From NCBI GenBank assembly GCA_963668115.1, contig OY764147.1, positions 456,345 through 520,344 on the forward strand: DNA of 64,000 nucleotides, given 5' to 3'. The position numbers and the translations under genes were made by a program. Positions 1 through 9,128 of the stretch are shown piece after piece (positions within the stretch are counted from its first letter, which is position 1; each line of letters opens with the position of its first letter). The stretch is from Dehalococcoidia bacterium. GTDB taxonomy: Bacteria; Chloroflexota; Dehalococcoidia; Plut-88900. The notes beneath the pieces are model-generated. The model was not told where the DNA came from and made no database searches. It worked only from the letters and a program-made list of their open reading frames with translations.

Positions 1-463
1 GGAAGACCAGTTCGTCGGGGTTTTCAGCGTCGTGGCAGCGGAGCCGTTGGGCGGGCCACAGGACGCTGATGCGTTCGCCGACGATGGGGGCGAGTTCAGA
101 TCGGGTCCACTTGCGGTGAAGGGCGTTGGCGCAGAGGAGGAGGATGTCGGAAAGCTCGACGCCTGCCTTCTGAAGCTCTTCGAGGAGGACGCTGATGGCG
201 ACCTGCCGGAAGTCGACGCCCCTGGTCTGGACGCCGCCGGGGTCGTCGAAGGCGATGGTGACCCTGGCACCCTTGCCCACGAGCTTGTGAATCGGGTCAT
301 GGGCGATGGGGTTGGCGATGGCCTGCCTGATGGCGGCTTCGAGGTCGGGGACGGGCTTGGCGGTGGAGTTACCGTTGGCCCTGATGACCCGGGTGCGTTC
401 GGGGAGGTCTACGTCGATCCAGTGGTCGCCGTACCAGAGCTGTTCCTTGATGGTGGATGGCAT
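1..463 (-). CDS. LarA-like (lactate racemase N-terminal/DUF2088) domain protein, 3' part beyond window
   Basis: Minus-strand translation from ATG at 461-463 reads MPSTIKEQLWYGDHWIDVDLPERTRVIRANG...VTIAFDDPGG...LLCANALHRKW, typical of the LarA N-terminal domain. The gene runs off the window edge and is absent from the ORF track. Confidence 0.5.
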   Translation of the reverse strand, partial: MPSTIKEQLWYGDHWIDVDLPERTRVIRANGNSTAKPVPDLEAAIRQAIANPIAHDPIHKLVGKGARVTIAFDDPGGVQTRGVDFRQVAISVLLEELQKAGVELSDILLLCANALHRKWTRSELAPIVGERISVLWPAQRLRCHDAENPDELVF

Positions 464-522
464 TGCGGTCTCCTTGGGTGGGGGGTGTCGTGTTGGGGGG
501 AGTATACAACACGGGGGGGCTG

Positions 523-566
523 TCACCCTCACCCCGCCCCTCTCCTGTCAAAGAAGAGGGGGCTGA
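523..566. terminator. GC-rich hairpin (TCACCCTCACCC..CCCTCTCC/GAGAGGGG), probable terminator downstream of the LLM gene; member of a 2-copy hairpin family
   Basis: Inverted repeat cccctctcc/gaagaggggg read directly. A near-identical element occurs at 13803-13845. Confidence 0.35.
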
Positions 567-577
567 AGGGAAAACTG

Positions 578-1582
578 CTATGCCACGTGGGGCATCACTT
601 GTTCGGCGAAGTATTCGATGGTTTCGTCGACGGTGGGGCCGGGGACTTCGGGGATGTGCTGCGGGGCGAGGATGATTTCGTCGAGCCCCTCAACGGTGGA
701 AAGCTGCTTTATGCAGGCGATGGCGTCTTCCTTGTCGCCGCCTAGGGCGAAGCGGTCGATGTACTTGTCGGGGATGCGGAACTCCTTGGAGACGTAGGAG
801 CGGGAGTGCTTCGAAGGGTTGTAGTTGGCCTTAAGCTTGTTTATCAAGGGGAGGTCTTCCTCATCGAATAGATCGGGGTTGGACATGTTGATGATGACGC
901 CGACGGGGCCGTTGAGCTTCCACCGGGCGACATCGCGGTCGGGGCCGAGGCTGGTCTGTAGCCAGCATGAGAGGCTTGTATCTTCGGGTCGTTTGCCCAC
1001 CTCGGCGGCGGCTTCCTTGAACATGTTGACACCGGCCGACATGCTGGCCGGGTCTCGTTCTCTGAGGATGATAGCGCCGTCGGCCATGCGGCCAGAGGCC
1101 CGGGTGAGTCGGGGGCCGGTGGCGGCGACGTAGATGGGGACGTTGGTAGGCTTGCTTAGCCAGCTCAACTTGCCCCTGCCGCCTTCGTCGAACTGTACCT
1201 CCTTATTCTGAAGGAGGCCCTTGACCTGGCCGATGTAGGTTTCCAGTCGGGCAATGGATGTCGGGCGGCGACCTATGGAACGGACGCCGCTGTCGCCAGT
1301 GCTGATGCCGGCGCGGATGCGGCCGGGGGCGATTTCGTTGAGGGAGGCGAAGGCGCTGGCGGTGACGCTGGCGTGTCGGGTGGAGGGCATGGTGACGCCG
1401 ACGCCCAGGCTGATGCGGGAGGTGCTGAGGGCGCAGGCGGTCATCTCGACGTAGACCTCCCGGCAGATGCGCTGGAGGTCGCCGCACCAAACGGCGTCGA
1501 AGCCGAGGGACTCGATCTTCTGGACACGCTCGACAATCCGGGGCATGGGCTGGTTGCCGAAGACGCTTACGGCGAATTTCAT
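578..1582 (-). CDS. LLM-class (luciferase-like) flavin/F420-dependent oxidoreductase
   Basis: 334-aa ORF starting MKFAVSVFG..LGFDAVWCGD, with the TIM-barrel LLM N-terminal signature. Paralogous to the 8112-9023 gene. Confidence 0.8.
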   Translation of the reverse strand: MKFAVSVFGNQPMPRIVERVQKIESLGFDAVWCGDLQRICREVYVEMTACALSTSRISLGVGVTMPSTRHASVTASAFASLNEIAPGRIRAGISTGDSGVRSIGRRPTSIARLETYIGQVKGLLQNKEVQFDEGGRGKLSWLSKPTNVPIYVAATGPRLTRASGRMADGAIILRERDPASMSAGVNMFKEAAAEVGKRPEDTSLSCWLQTSLGPDRDVARWKLNGPVGVIINMSNPDLFDEEDLPLINKLKANYNPSKHSRSYVSKEFRIPDKYIDRFALGGDKEDAIACIKQLSTVEGLDEIILAPQHIPEVPGPTVDETIEYFAEQVMPHVA

Positions 1583-1794
1583 GGGTTAAACCTTAATGGG
1601 ATGCCTACACTTTCGCAACGGCGCACCTTGGCACTCATTTCACTGCGATGACGGAGGATATGGACATGGGGGCCTGATTAAACACATCAATCATGGAAGT
1701 GCTAAACTTGGAATAAAGAGGCAAGAAATCACGGAAGAGGTTTCGCTAGCCCTAATCAGGGCCAGCGGGGACGGAGAGCAACCCGATAGAGAAA

Positions 1795-2421
1795 ATGGAC
1801 GGCGTATTCATATACTGGGACAATTCAAATATCTTTCATGAGGCGCAACGGCTGGCGGAAGAGCGGAACGAAGGGCCTGAGGCCAGATATCGAGTTCGCA
1901 TCAACTTCGATGCGCTGCTACAACTGGCACAGGCAGGGAGACCGTTAAGACACGCAGTTGCCGCCGGGTCTGTGCCGCCAGAGATGCGTCATTTATGGAA
2001 CCGGTTGGAGGGCATGGGGGTGGAGGTAAAGTTGTACGATCGGGGTGACCCCAACCGTGGAGAACAAGACATTCCAGACCGAGTCTTACAGTTACGAATG
2101 TTAGAAGATGCGTTGGACAACAACGGCGACCCGGGCACGGTAGCACTGCTGACCGGAGACGGTGCGGGTTACTATGAAGGCGCCGGTTTTCACAGTACGC
2201 TGGAAAGGATGCACAAGCGGGGTTGGCGGGTTGAGATATTGTCCTGGGCACATTCCTGCAACCAGCGGATGCGCCGGTGGGCTGAGGAGAACGGCGTCTT
2301 TGTTCCTCTGGATGAGTTCTATGAGTCGGTTACGTATACGGAGCCGTCTCGTCCGGGGTTTGCCTTTGCGTCGGGAAGGCCCTCGATTCCATTGGACTTG
2401 TCCAAACGGGTCACTGCCTAG
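1795..2421 (+). CDS. NYN (LabA-like) domain protein
   Basis: N-terminus IYWDNSNIF and conserved acidic residues typical of the NYN/LabA nuclease-like fold. Confidence 0.65.
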   Translation: MDGVFIYWDNSNIFHEAQRLAEERNEGPEARYRVRINFDALLQLAQAGRPLRHAVAAGSVPPEMRHLWNRLEGMGVEVKLYDRGDPNRGEQDIPDRVLQLRMLEDALDNNGDPGTVALLTGDGAGYYEGAGFHSTLERMHKRGWRVEILSWAHSCNQRMRRWAEENGVFVPLDEFYESVTYTEPSRPGFAFASGRPSIPLDLSKRVTA

Positions 2422-2436
2422 AGCTTCCCGAATTCT

Positions 2437-5157
2437 TTATCTGAGTTCTGCGAGGCGGTGGAGGAGGTTGGACTCTTCTTCCTGCCAGCTGGAGAGGCGG
2501 GAGCGTTCTTTTTCTACGACGTTGGGAGGGGCCTTGGAGAGGAACTGTTCGTTGGAGAGTCGGGACTGGACCTGACCTATGCGTTTGCGCAGGTCTTCCA
2601 GGGAAGATTCCAGGCGCTGGCGCTCTCCGGCGAAGTCGAAGAGGCCGGTGAGGGGTAGGAAGATGCGGGTGGCCTTTTCGACGACCATGACGGAGTTTTC
2701 GGGTTGGGGGGCGTCGGCGGGACGGGCCTCGACGGAGCATAGGGCGAGATTTTCGAGGAAGGAGCGGCCACCGGGGCCGAGGGTCTCGCAGTCCAGTAGG
2801 ACGGCGGGGACTTTCTTGCCGGCCTCGACTTTGCGCTCGGCGCGGACGTTACGGACGCCGCGGACGAGGGACATAAGGAGGTTGGCCCACTCCTCGGCCT
2901 CGGGGTCTATGGCGGAAGGGTCGGGGGTGGGGTAGGGGGCGATCATTATGGAGTCGGGGCGGCCTGGGGAGTCGGGGATGCGCCGGACGAGGCTTTGCCA
3001 GATTTCCTCGGTGATGAAGGGCATGAAGGGGTGGAGGAGTCGGAGGGAGGACTCCAGTACGTGGGCGAGGACCGGGGCGGGGGAGGGGGCGGAGGGGTCC
3101 CGGAGGCGGACCTTGGCGATTTCGATGTACCAGTCGCAGAACTCGTTCCAGATGAAGTCGTGGACGTACTCCTGGGCGTCACCGAGTCGGAAGGAGGTGA
3201 GGGCCCGGGTTACGTCTTCGATTGTGCGGTTGAGACGGCTGAGGATCCAGCGGTCTTCGATGGGGAGGGGATGGATTTCCGCCTTCGCGGGAATGACGGA
3301 AGGGGAGTTGGGGAGGGGGATGGATTCCGGCTCGGGGGCCGGAATGACGGTGTCAGATTGGTCGAGGATGGAGATGACGTAGCGGGAGGCGTTCCAGAGC
3401 TTGTTGGTGAAGTTGCGGCTGGCTCGGATTTTGGCCGGGCTGAGGCGGCTGTCGTTGCCGGGGGCGGTGCCGACGGTGAGGGCGAAACGGAGGGCGTCGG
3501 CGCCGTGTTCGTCGATGATGTCGAGAGGGTTGAGGACATTGCCCTTGACCTTGCTCATCTTTTCGCCGTGCTCGTCCTGGATGAGGCCGTGAAGGTAGAC
3601 GGTGTGGAAGGGGATGTCGTCCATGTTCTGGATGCCCATCATGATCATGCGGGCGACCCAGAAGAAGAGGATGTCATAGCCGGTCTCAAGGACGGAGCCG
3701 GGGTAGAAGTAGCGGAGGTCTTCGGTGTCGTCGGGCCAACCGAGGGTAGAGTGGGGCCATAGGCCGGAGCTGAACCAGGTATCAAGGACGTCGGGGTCCT
3801 GGCGGATGTTGGTGGAGGGGCAGGCTTCACAGGTGGTCGGGTCTTCAAGAGAGACGATCAGGTGGTCGCAGCCGTCGCAGTACCAGACGGGGATGCGGTG
3901 TCCCCACCAGAGCTGGCGGCTGATGCACCAGTCCCGGATGTTGTCCATCCAGTTGAGGTAGACCTTGGTGAAGCGGTCTGGGACTATGCGGATGCGGCCC
4001 TCGGTGACGGCCTTGGCGGCGGCGTCGGCCATGGGCCCGACCTTGACGAACCACTGCTTGCCGGCGAGGGGCTCGACGACGGTGTTGCAGCGCTGGCAGT
4101 GACCGACGGAGTGGGTGAGGGGCTCGGCTTTTTCGAGGAGGGTGTCGGCTTTGAGGTCTTCGAGGATCCGGGTGCGGCAGTCGGCGGCGGTCATGCCCTG
4201 GTATTGGGGGCCTGCAGCCTCGGTCATGGTGGACTGGGGGCCAATGACGGTGATCAGGGGCAAATCGTGGCGCTGGGCGATATCGAAGTCGTTGGGGTCG
4301 TGGGCGGGAGTTACCTTTACGGCGCCGGTTCCGAACTCGGTATCGACGGCGGAGTCGGCTACGACGGGGATGGGGCGGTTGAGTCGGGGTAGGGTAACGT
4401 TCTGGCCGATGAAGTCGGAGAAGCGTTCGTCGTCGGGGTTGACGGCGACCGCGGTGTCGCCGAGGAGGGTCTCGGGGCGTGTAGTGGCAACGGTGAGATG
4501 GCGGGTCGGGTCTAGGGAGTGGGGATAGCGGATGTAGTAGAGCCTGCTATCGACCTCCTGGTGGATGACTTCGAGGTCGGAGAGGGCGGTGGAGCAGCGG
4601 GGGCACCAGTTGATGATGCGCTCGCCGCGGTAGATGAGGCCCTCGTTGTAGAGGTTTACGAAGGTGGTGCGGACGGCGCGGCTGGGGCCCTCGTCCAGGG
4701 TGAAGCGTTCCCGGGACCAGTCACAGGAGGCGCCGAGTCGCTTGTGCTGCTCGGCGATGGTGCGTCCGTACTGATGGACCCACTCCCAGACTCTTCCGAC
4801 GAAGGCGTCGCGGCCGATTTCCTGCCTGGTCTTGCCTTCCTTGACTAGCTGGCGTTCGACGACGACCTGGGTGGCGATGCCTGCGTGGTCGGAGCCCGGG
4901 AGCCAGAGGGTGGGGTCGCCCATCATGCGATGCCAGCGGATGAGGGCGTCCTCGGCGGCGGCGGTGAGGGCGTGGCCGAGGTGAAGCTCGCCGGTGACGT
5001 TGGGCGGGGGCATGATGATGACGAAGGGCTGCTTACCCTCCTGGATGCGGGGTTGGAAGTAGCCGTTGTCCATCCAGGATTTGTAGATGCGGCCTTCGAC
5101 CTCGGAGGGGTTGTAGACCTTGGGGATGCGGGCGAGGTTTTCAGTGCGCGTGGTCAT
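2437..5157 (-). CDS. valS: valine--tRNA ligase
   Basis: 906 aa with class-I HIGH-type motif (PPPNVTGELHLGHA) and KMSKS, plus a C-terminal coiled coil. Confidence 0.95.
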   Translation of the reverse strand: MTTRTENLARIPKVYNPSEVEGRIYKSWMDNGYFQPRIQEGKQPFVIIMPPPNVTGELHLGHALTAAAEDALIRWHRMMGDPTLWLPGSDHAGIATQVVVERQLVKEGKTRQEIGRDAFVGRVWEWVHQYGRTIAEQHKRLGASCDWSRERFTLDEGPSRAVRTTFVNLYNEGLIYRGERIINWCPRCSTALSDLEVIHQEVDSRLYYIRYPHSLDPTRHLTVATTRPETLLGDTAVAVNPDDERFSDFIGQNVTLPRLNRPIPVVADSAVDTEFGTGAVKVTPAHDPNDFDIAQRHDLPLITVIGPQSTMTEAAGPQYQGMTAADCRTRILEDLKADTLLEKAEPLTHSVGHCQRCNTVVEPLAGKQWFVKVGPMADAAAKAVTEGRIRIVPDRFTKVYLNWMDNIRDWCISRQLWWGHRIPVWYCDGCDHLIVSLEDPTTCEACPSTNIRQDPDVLDTWFSSGLWPHSTLGWPDDTEDLRYFYPGSVLETGYDILFFWVARMIMMGIQNMDDIPFHTVYLHGLIQDEHGEKMSKVKGNVLNPLDIIDEHGADALRFALTVGTAPGNDSRLSPAKIRASRNFTNKLWNASRYVISILDQSDTVIPAPEPESIPLPNSPSVIPAKAEIHPLPIEDRWILSRLNRTIEDVTRALTSFRLGDAQEYVHDFIWNEFCDWYIEIAKVRLRDPSAPSPAPVLAHVLESSLRLLHPFMPFITEEIWQSLVRRIPDSPGRPDSIMIAPYPTPDPSAIDPEAEEWANLLMSLVRGVRNVRAERKVEAGKKVPAVLLDCETLGPGGRSFLENLALCSVEARPADAPQPENSVMVVEKATRIFLPLTGLFDFAGERQRLESSLEDLRKRIGQVQSRLSNEQFLSKAPPNVVEKERSRLSSWQEEESNLLHRLAELR

Positions 5158-5247
5158 GGTTGGGGTGTCGGGGGGAGATGGAGCTTTTCGGGACTTGCAA
5201 GCACGGTGTGGGCGGATTCTAACTTTGGGGGGAATGGGGAGTCAATT

Positions 5248-5340
5248 GGGGGGGTGGATTCCCGATCAGAGTCGGAAATGACGAGGCAGGAGGGCAGTCA
5301 AGAGTGATTACATCCAGGGAGTATGGGTGGGGTGTGGGAG
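5248..5340. repeat. Intergenic repeat copy R1 (module A hairpin GGTGGATTCCCGATCAGAGTCGGAAATGACG plus G-rich tail)
   Basis: Shares the core GGATGGATTCCCnA-loop-TnGGGAATGACG with copies at 9071, 33009 and 35804. Confidence 0.6.
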
Positions 5341-5353
5341 CGAGGAGGCGCGC

Positions 5354-6319
5354 TCAGGCAGGCAGTTCCCGCTGGACCGTTCGGCGGTCTGGGTTGTCAA
5401 AATAGACACATTCGGATAGAAGGTCGCCGTCCTGCGCGCCGGCTTCTGCGATTTCGATATGCTGACGGGTAAACGACTTGTACGGGAACGCCCCCTTCCC
5501 ATACTGCTCTTCACCGAACTCAAGGGTCTTTGCCCGCTGCAGGTCGTAGTGTGATGCCAGATCAACAAAACGCATTACGTAAGCAGCACGCCTGGGAAGG
5601 GGTCCCTCGCCGAGCATTACGCTTCGATGAATCACGTTTTTGTTGAACAGGAGCGCATCGCCGGGTTGGAAATCGTCTTCGACCTGATGACTTTCGAGTA
5701 TATCCATGGTCGGGTGCGCATTGAAGATTGACCCGCGCATCTTGAAGTAGTCGGTCACGCTCGTACTGATTCCGGCTCGCTCTTTGGCCTTCAAAGTAGA
5801 GACGATGGCCGGATCGAACTGGTAGGCGTAATTGCCTGATAGAACGTTTTCGGATACATAAGCCATCCCGCCCCGCTGCCCCTTCGCATCCACAGGTTGC
5901 AGCGGCACCCATAACGTGCATGCGAATTCTTCCGCGACTTGGAACCCGAAACTCTGTATGCCGACATGCCAGGAAAGTCCCTTGTCGACGTTCTTGCTGA
6001 GTTCAAAGCATATTTCGAAGGTCAGAAAGAGGTCATGGTCGACGATATCCGTGAGAGAACGACGGAAAAAGGGCCTTTCCATCAATTGATATACGTGTTC
6101 CTTTTCAGTCTCAAAGTCATACTTCGATCGAGTAAACCTCGAAGTGACCTGTATGTTGCTGACCACCCCTCGATCCATTTCGGCATCTACACGATTGAGT
6201 AAGAAGTCGACCGCGGCAGGGTTGAAAAACCCTTCCAACTTGATGAAGCCGTCGCGCCGGAATTGCTCTTTGTGCTCCCGGGTGACAGTAAATTCATTAT
6301 CGAAGGGATGGCTGCTCAT
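5354..6319 (-). CDS. Phytanoyl-CoA dioxygenase (PhyH) family Fe(II)/2-oxoglutarate oxygenase
   Basis: The tracked 462-aa ORF has a spurious N-terminal extension. The start was placed at ATG 6317-6319 (MSSHPFDNEF), preceded by GGGAGAAAG. The gene is noticeably lower in GC than its neighbours. Confidence 0.7.
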   Translation of the reverse strand: MSSHPFDNEFTVTREHKEQFRRDGFIKLEGFFNPAAVDFLLNRVDAEMDRGVVSNIQVTSRFTRSKYDFETEKEHVYQLMERPFFRRSLTDIVDHDLFLTFEICFELSKNVDKGLSWHVGIQSFGFQVAEEFACTLWVPLQPVDAKGQRGGMAYVSENVLSGNYAYQFDPAIVSTLKAKERAGISTSVTDYFKMRGSIFNAHPTMDILESHQVEDDFQPGDALLFNKNVIHRSVMLGEGPLPRRAAYVMRFVDLASHYDLQRAKTLEFGEEQYGKGAFPYKSFTRQHIEIAEAGAQDGDLLSECVYFDNPDRRTVQRELPA

Positions 6320-6475
6320 AGATACTTTCTCCCAACTCATGATTTTGGGGAGTTTAACGGGGCTGTTTGTCCAATACGATTGTAGCAATAGAAGGCCCCA
6401 CGGTCTAACAAGAATTGCCATAAATTGGTAGATGGGGGAATTTGCCCAACAGGTACAGAGTCGGCTGAGGACGAT

Positions 6476-6575
6476 GTGGGAACGGAGGCGGGGATGATGG
6501 GGGTGAGTGGGGAGCTTGCGCTGCAGATTCCTCGCGGGGCATCGGAATGGGAAGGGGGAGTCGGGGGTGGGGGGA
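6476..6575. repeat. Intergenic repeat copy R5 (module B GGGGATGATGGGGGTG plus module C GCAGATTCCTCGCGGGGCATCGGAATGG)
   Basis: Module B is shared with 33078 and 35849. Module C is shared with 21091-21121. Confidence 0.55.
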
Positions 6576-6731
6576 TACTCTAAATTCACAAACGAAGTGC
6601 AACACCTGGTTGAAGGGTTGGTTTGACCGGGTAGAGGGGGGAGTATAGAATCGGGCGTGGAGGCCGCGGGCGGCGGGACTAGCGGCTCGGGCTTCGTAAT
6701 CTCAGTGGATGTTCCGTAAAGGAGTTGTGCT

Positions 6732-8096
6732 ATGGCAGCCACCCAGACCCCGACCGCCGATGAACTGAAGGAGATGGCCCTTAACTACTTCTGGCCGCAT
6801 TCCCAGCAAGTAGCGGACTTCGAGAAGGAGGACGGGCTTCACGTGATGGCTGACGGGGAGGGGTGCTGGGTGGAGGACACGGAGGGCAGGAAGTACATAG
6901 ACGTGCTTTCGGGGATGTGGTTGAAGAACATCGGGTACGGGCGGAAGGAGATTGGGGAGGCGGTGTACCAGCAGATGCAGACCATAACGTATTCGCCGGA
7001 GAACACGACGAACGTACCTGCGCTGAAGCTGGCCAAGCGGTTGGCGGGCCTGTCCCGGGACAAGGAGTCCAGGGTGTTTCTGGTGAGCGGGGGGTCGGAG
7101 GCTGTGGAGTCGGCGCTGAAGATGGCGAAGGCGTACCACAAGAACAGGGGGGAGGCGGGGCGGTACAAGATAATCAGCAGGCAGAATTCCTATCACGGAG
7201 CTACGTTCGCACTTATGGGCCTGGGAGGATACCCGGGGACCCAGGGGTTCGGGCCCCTGGTGCCGGGGAACATCCATGTGCCGACGCCCAACCACTACCG
7301 ATGCCAGTTCTGCAGCCTGGCGTCCGAGTGCAACGTGGAGTGCGCCAATGAAATCGAACGGGCGATCCTGCATGAAGGGCCGGAGACGGTGGCCGCGGTA
7401 ATCGGCGAGCCGATTTCAACGTCTGCGATGATGGTGCCGCATCCCGAATACTGGCCGACGGTCAGGCGGATATGCGACAAGTACGGGGTGCTGTTGATAG
7501 TAGACGAGGTGATCACGGGATTCGGGCGGACGGGGAAGATGTTCGCGTCTGAGCACTGGGACCTGCAGCCGGACATAATGACGATGGCGAAGGGGCTATC
7601 GAGCGGGTACCTGCCGATTGGAGCGGCGGTAGCCCGGAAGTCGGTGGCGGACGAATTCATCGGCGGGGAGGACAAGACGTTCAAGCACCTGTTCACGTTC
7701 GGCGGGAACCCGGTTTCCTGTGCGGCGTCCATGGCGAACCTGGACATCCTGGAGAACGAGGGGCTTGTAGAGAACTCGGCGGCGATGGGGACGTACATGT
7801 ACGAGCAGCTTCAGACGCTGTACGAACACCCGATTGTGGGGGAGGTGAGGGGAGGTCTCGGGCTCCTGGCGGCGGTGGAGATAGTGAAGGACCGGGACAC
7901 GAAGGAGAAGTTCGCCGAGGAGGCGGTGCTGGGGGAGAAGCTCACGAAAGGCTTCCTAGAGCACAGAATCCTGACCCGTCAGCGGGGCAACCTGATCTTC
8001 CTGAGCCCGCCCCTGTGCGTCACTAAAGACGAAGTCGACTATATAGTGAGCAACCTGAACGAGATACTTCAGCAGGTCAGCGCAGAGATGGGCTAG
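6732..8096 (+). CDS. Class-III (omega) aminotransferase, PLP-dependent
   Basis: 454-aa ORF with class-III aminotransferase architecture. The ITGFGRTGKMFASEHW stretch contains the conserved Lys region. Confidence 0.85.
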   Translation: MAATQTPTADELKEMALNYFWPHSQQVADFEKEDGLHVMADGEGCWVEDTEGRKYIDVLSGMWLKNIGYGRKEIGEAVYQQMQTITYSPENTTNVPALKLAKRLAGLSRDKESRVFLVSGGSEAVESALKMAKAYHKNRGEAGRYKIISRQNSYHGATFALMGLGGYPGTQGFGPLVPGNIHVPTPNHYRCQFCSLASECNVECANEIERAILHEGPETVAAVIGEPISTSAMMVPHPEYWPTVRRICDKYGVLLIVDEVITGFGRTGKMFASEHWDLQPDIMTMAKGLSSGYLPIGAAVARKSVADEFIGGEDKTFKHLFTFGGNPVSCAASMANLDILENEGLVENSAAMGTYMYEQLQTLYEHPIVGEVRGGLGLLAAVEIVKDRDTKEKFAEEAVLGEKLTKGFLEHRILTRQRGNLIFLSPPLCVTKDEVDYIVSNLNEILQQVSAEMG

Positions 8097-8111
8097 CGGG
8101 TCGGGGCGGCG

Positions 8112-9023
8112 ATGAAGTTCGGGATTACGCTCAAGGAGAGCGGGGGTGACGCCGCGGCGCAAGCGAAGGAGGCGGAAGAGCTGGGTTTCGATTCGCTGTG
8201 GGCGGGGGAGCACGTGGTCTGGCGGCACCCGATCCACGACAGCCTTATGCAGATGGCCGCTGCGGCGGCGGTTACCGAACGCATCAGGCTGGGCACGGCG
8301 ATAGTGCTGATTCCCCTAAAGCACCCGATCCTCATGTGCAAAGCGGTGACTACGCTTGACCACGTCTCCGGGGGAAGGGTGGACTTCGGGGTCGGGATTG
8401 GGGGGGAGTACCCGAAGGAGTTCGAGGCGATGGGAGTGCCTGTGAATGAGCGCGGGCCAAGGGCCAACGAGATACTCCGGCTGATGAAGAGGCTGTGGAC
8501 TGAGGAGTCGGTGACGTTTTCGGGGCGGTTCTACGAGACGGAGGACATCGGGCTGGAGCCGCACCCGGTGCAAAAGCCGCACCCGCCGATCTACGTGGGC
8601 GGTCGGAGGAAGTCGGTGCGGAGGACAGGGTTGTACGGGGATGGGTGGATTCCTTACATGTATTCACCAGAGTTGTTCAAGGAGGGGTGGGAGCAGATAA
8701 CGCAGATAGCGGAGGAGGCGGGTCGGGACCCGGGGGGGATAGACCCGACGGTGTGGGCGCCGATTTGTATTGCGGATGACTATGATGAAGCGGCCCGAAT
8801 GTCGAGCCAGGCATTAGGCGGGGACTACGGGCAGTCCTTCGATGCGATTGTGCGGAAGTATGCGCTTCTCGGGACACCGGAGCAGATCGTGGCTAGGATG
8901 GGCGAGTATCAGGAGGCTGGGGTGGAGCATTTCATATTCAGTCCGTCGGGGCCGGAGGAGGTGACGGCGGGGATGCCGGAGCGGGTTGCGCGGGAAGTGA
9001 TTCCGCTGTTTGGTCGGGGGTAA
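8112..9023 (+). CDS. LLM-class F420-dependent oxidoreductase
   Basis: 303-aa ORF starting MKFGITL..LGFDSLWAGEH with a luciferase-like fold. Confidence 0.8.
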   Translation: MKFGITLKESGGDAAAQAKEAEELGFDSLWAGEHVVWRHPIHDSLMQMAAAAAVTERIRLGTAIVLIPLKHPILMCKAVTTLDHVSGGRVDFGVGIGGEYPKEFEAMGVPVNERGPRANEILRLMKRLWTEESVTFSGRFYETEDIGLEPHPVQKPHPPIYVGGRRKSVRRTGLYGDGWIPYMYSPELFKEGWEQITQIAEEAGRDPGGIDPTVWAPICIADDYDEAARMSSQALGGDYGQSFDAIVRKYALLGTPEQIVARMGEYQEAGVEHFIFSPSGPEEVTAGMPERVAREVIPLFGRG

Positions 9024-9070
9024 GGGGCCCCCGGCCTCACCCCAGGGCAACCATAAGGGATTGCCCCTAC

Positions 9071-9120
9071 GGGGGATGGATTCCCAATCGGAGTTGGGAA
9101 TGACGATGGTGTGTGCGGCG
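9071..9120. repeat. Intergenic repeat copy R2 (GGGATGGATTCCCAATCGGAGTTGGGAATGACG hairpin)
   Basis: Perfect 8-bp stem ATTCCCAA/TTGGGAAT. Lies between convergent genes. Confidence 0.6.
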
Positions 9121-9128
9121 TCGGGGAA

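Noticed and set aside
32-745. 237-aa plus-strand ORF rich in G/D/A/V
   Set aside because: Lies antisense to the LarA-like gene and has a low-complexity Gly/Asp/Val-rich composition. Typical GC-rich shadow ORF.
2411-4848. Many 60-250-aa ORFs on both strands inside valS (e.g. 2995-3762, 3862-4392)
   Set aside because: All overlap the 906-aa valS frame, which has unambiguous class-I synthetase motifs. Pro/Arg/Gly-rich artefacts of high GC.
5158-5353. Possible T-box leader for valS (also checked upstream of tyrS)
   Set aside because: No T-box consensus (AATTAGGGTGGTACCGCG-like) on the sense strand. tyrS is translationally coupled to ribF. The region is occupied by repeat R1.
5354-6742. 462-aa version of the PhyH ORF
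   Set aside because: The first ~140 residues are proline/histidine-rich, unlike PhyH, and overlap repeat R5. An internal ATG with good RBS gives a standard-length enzyme.
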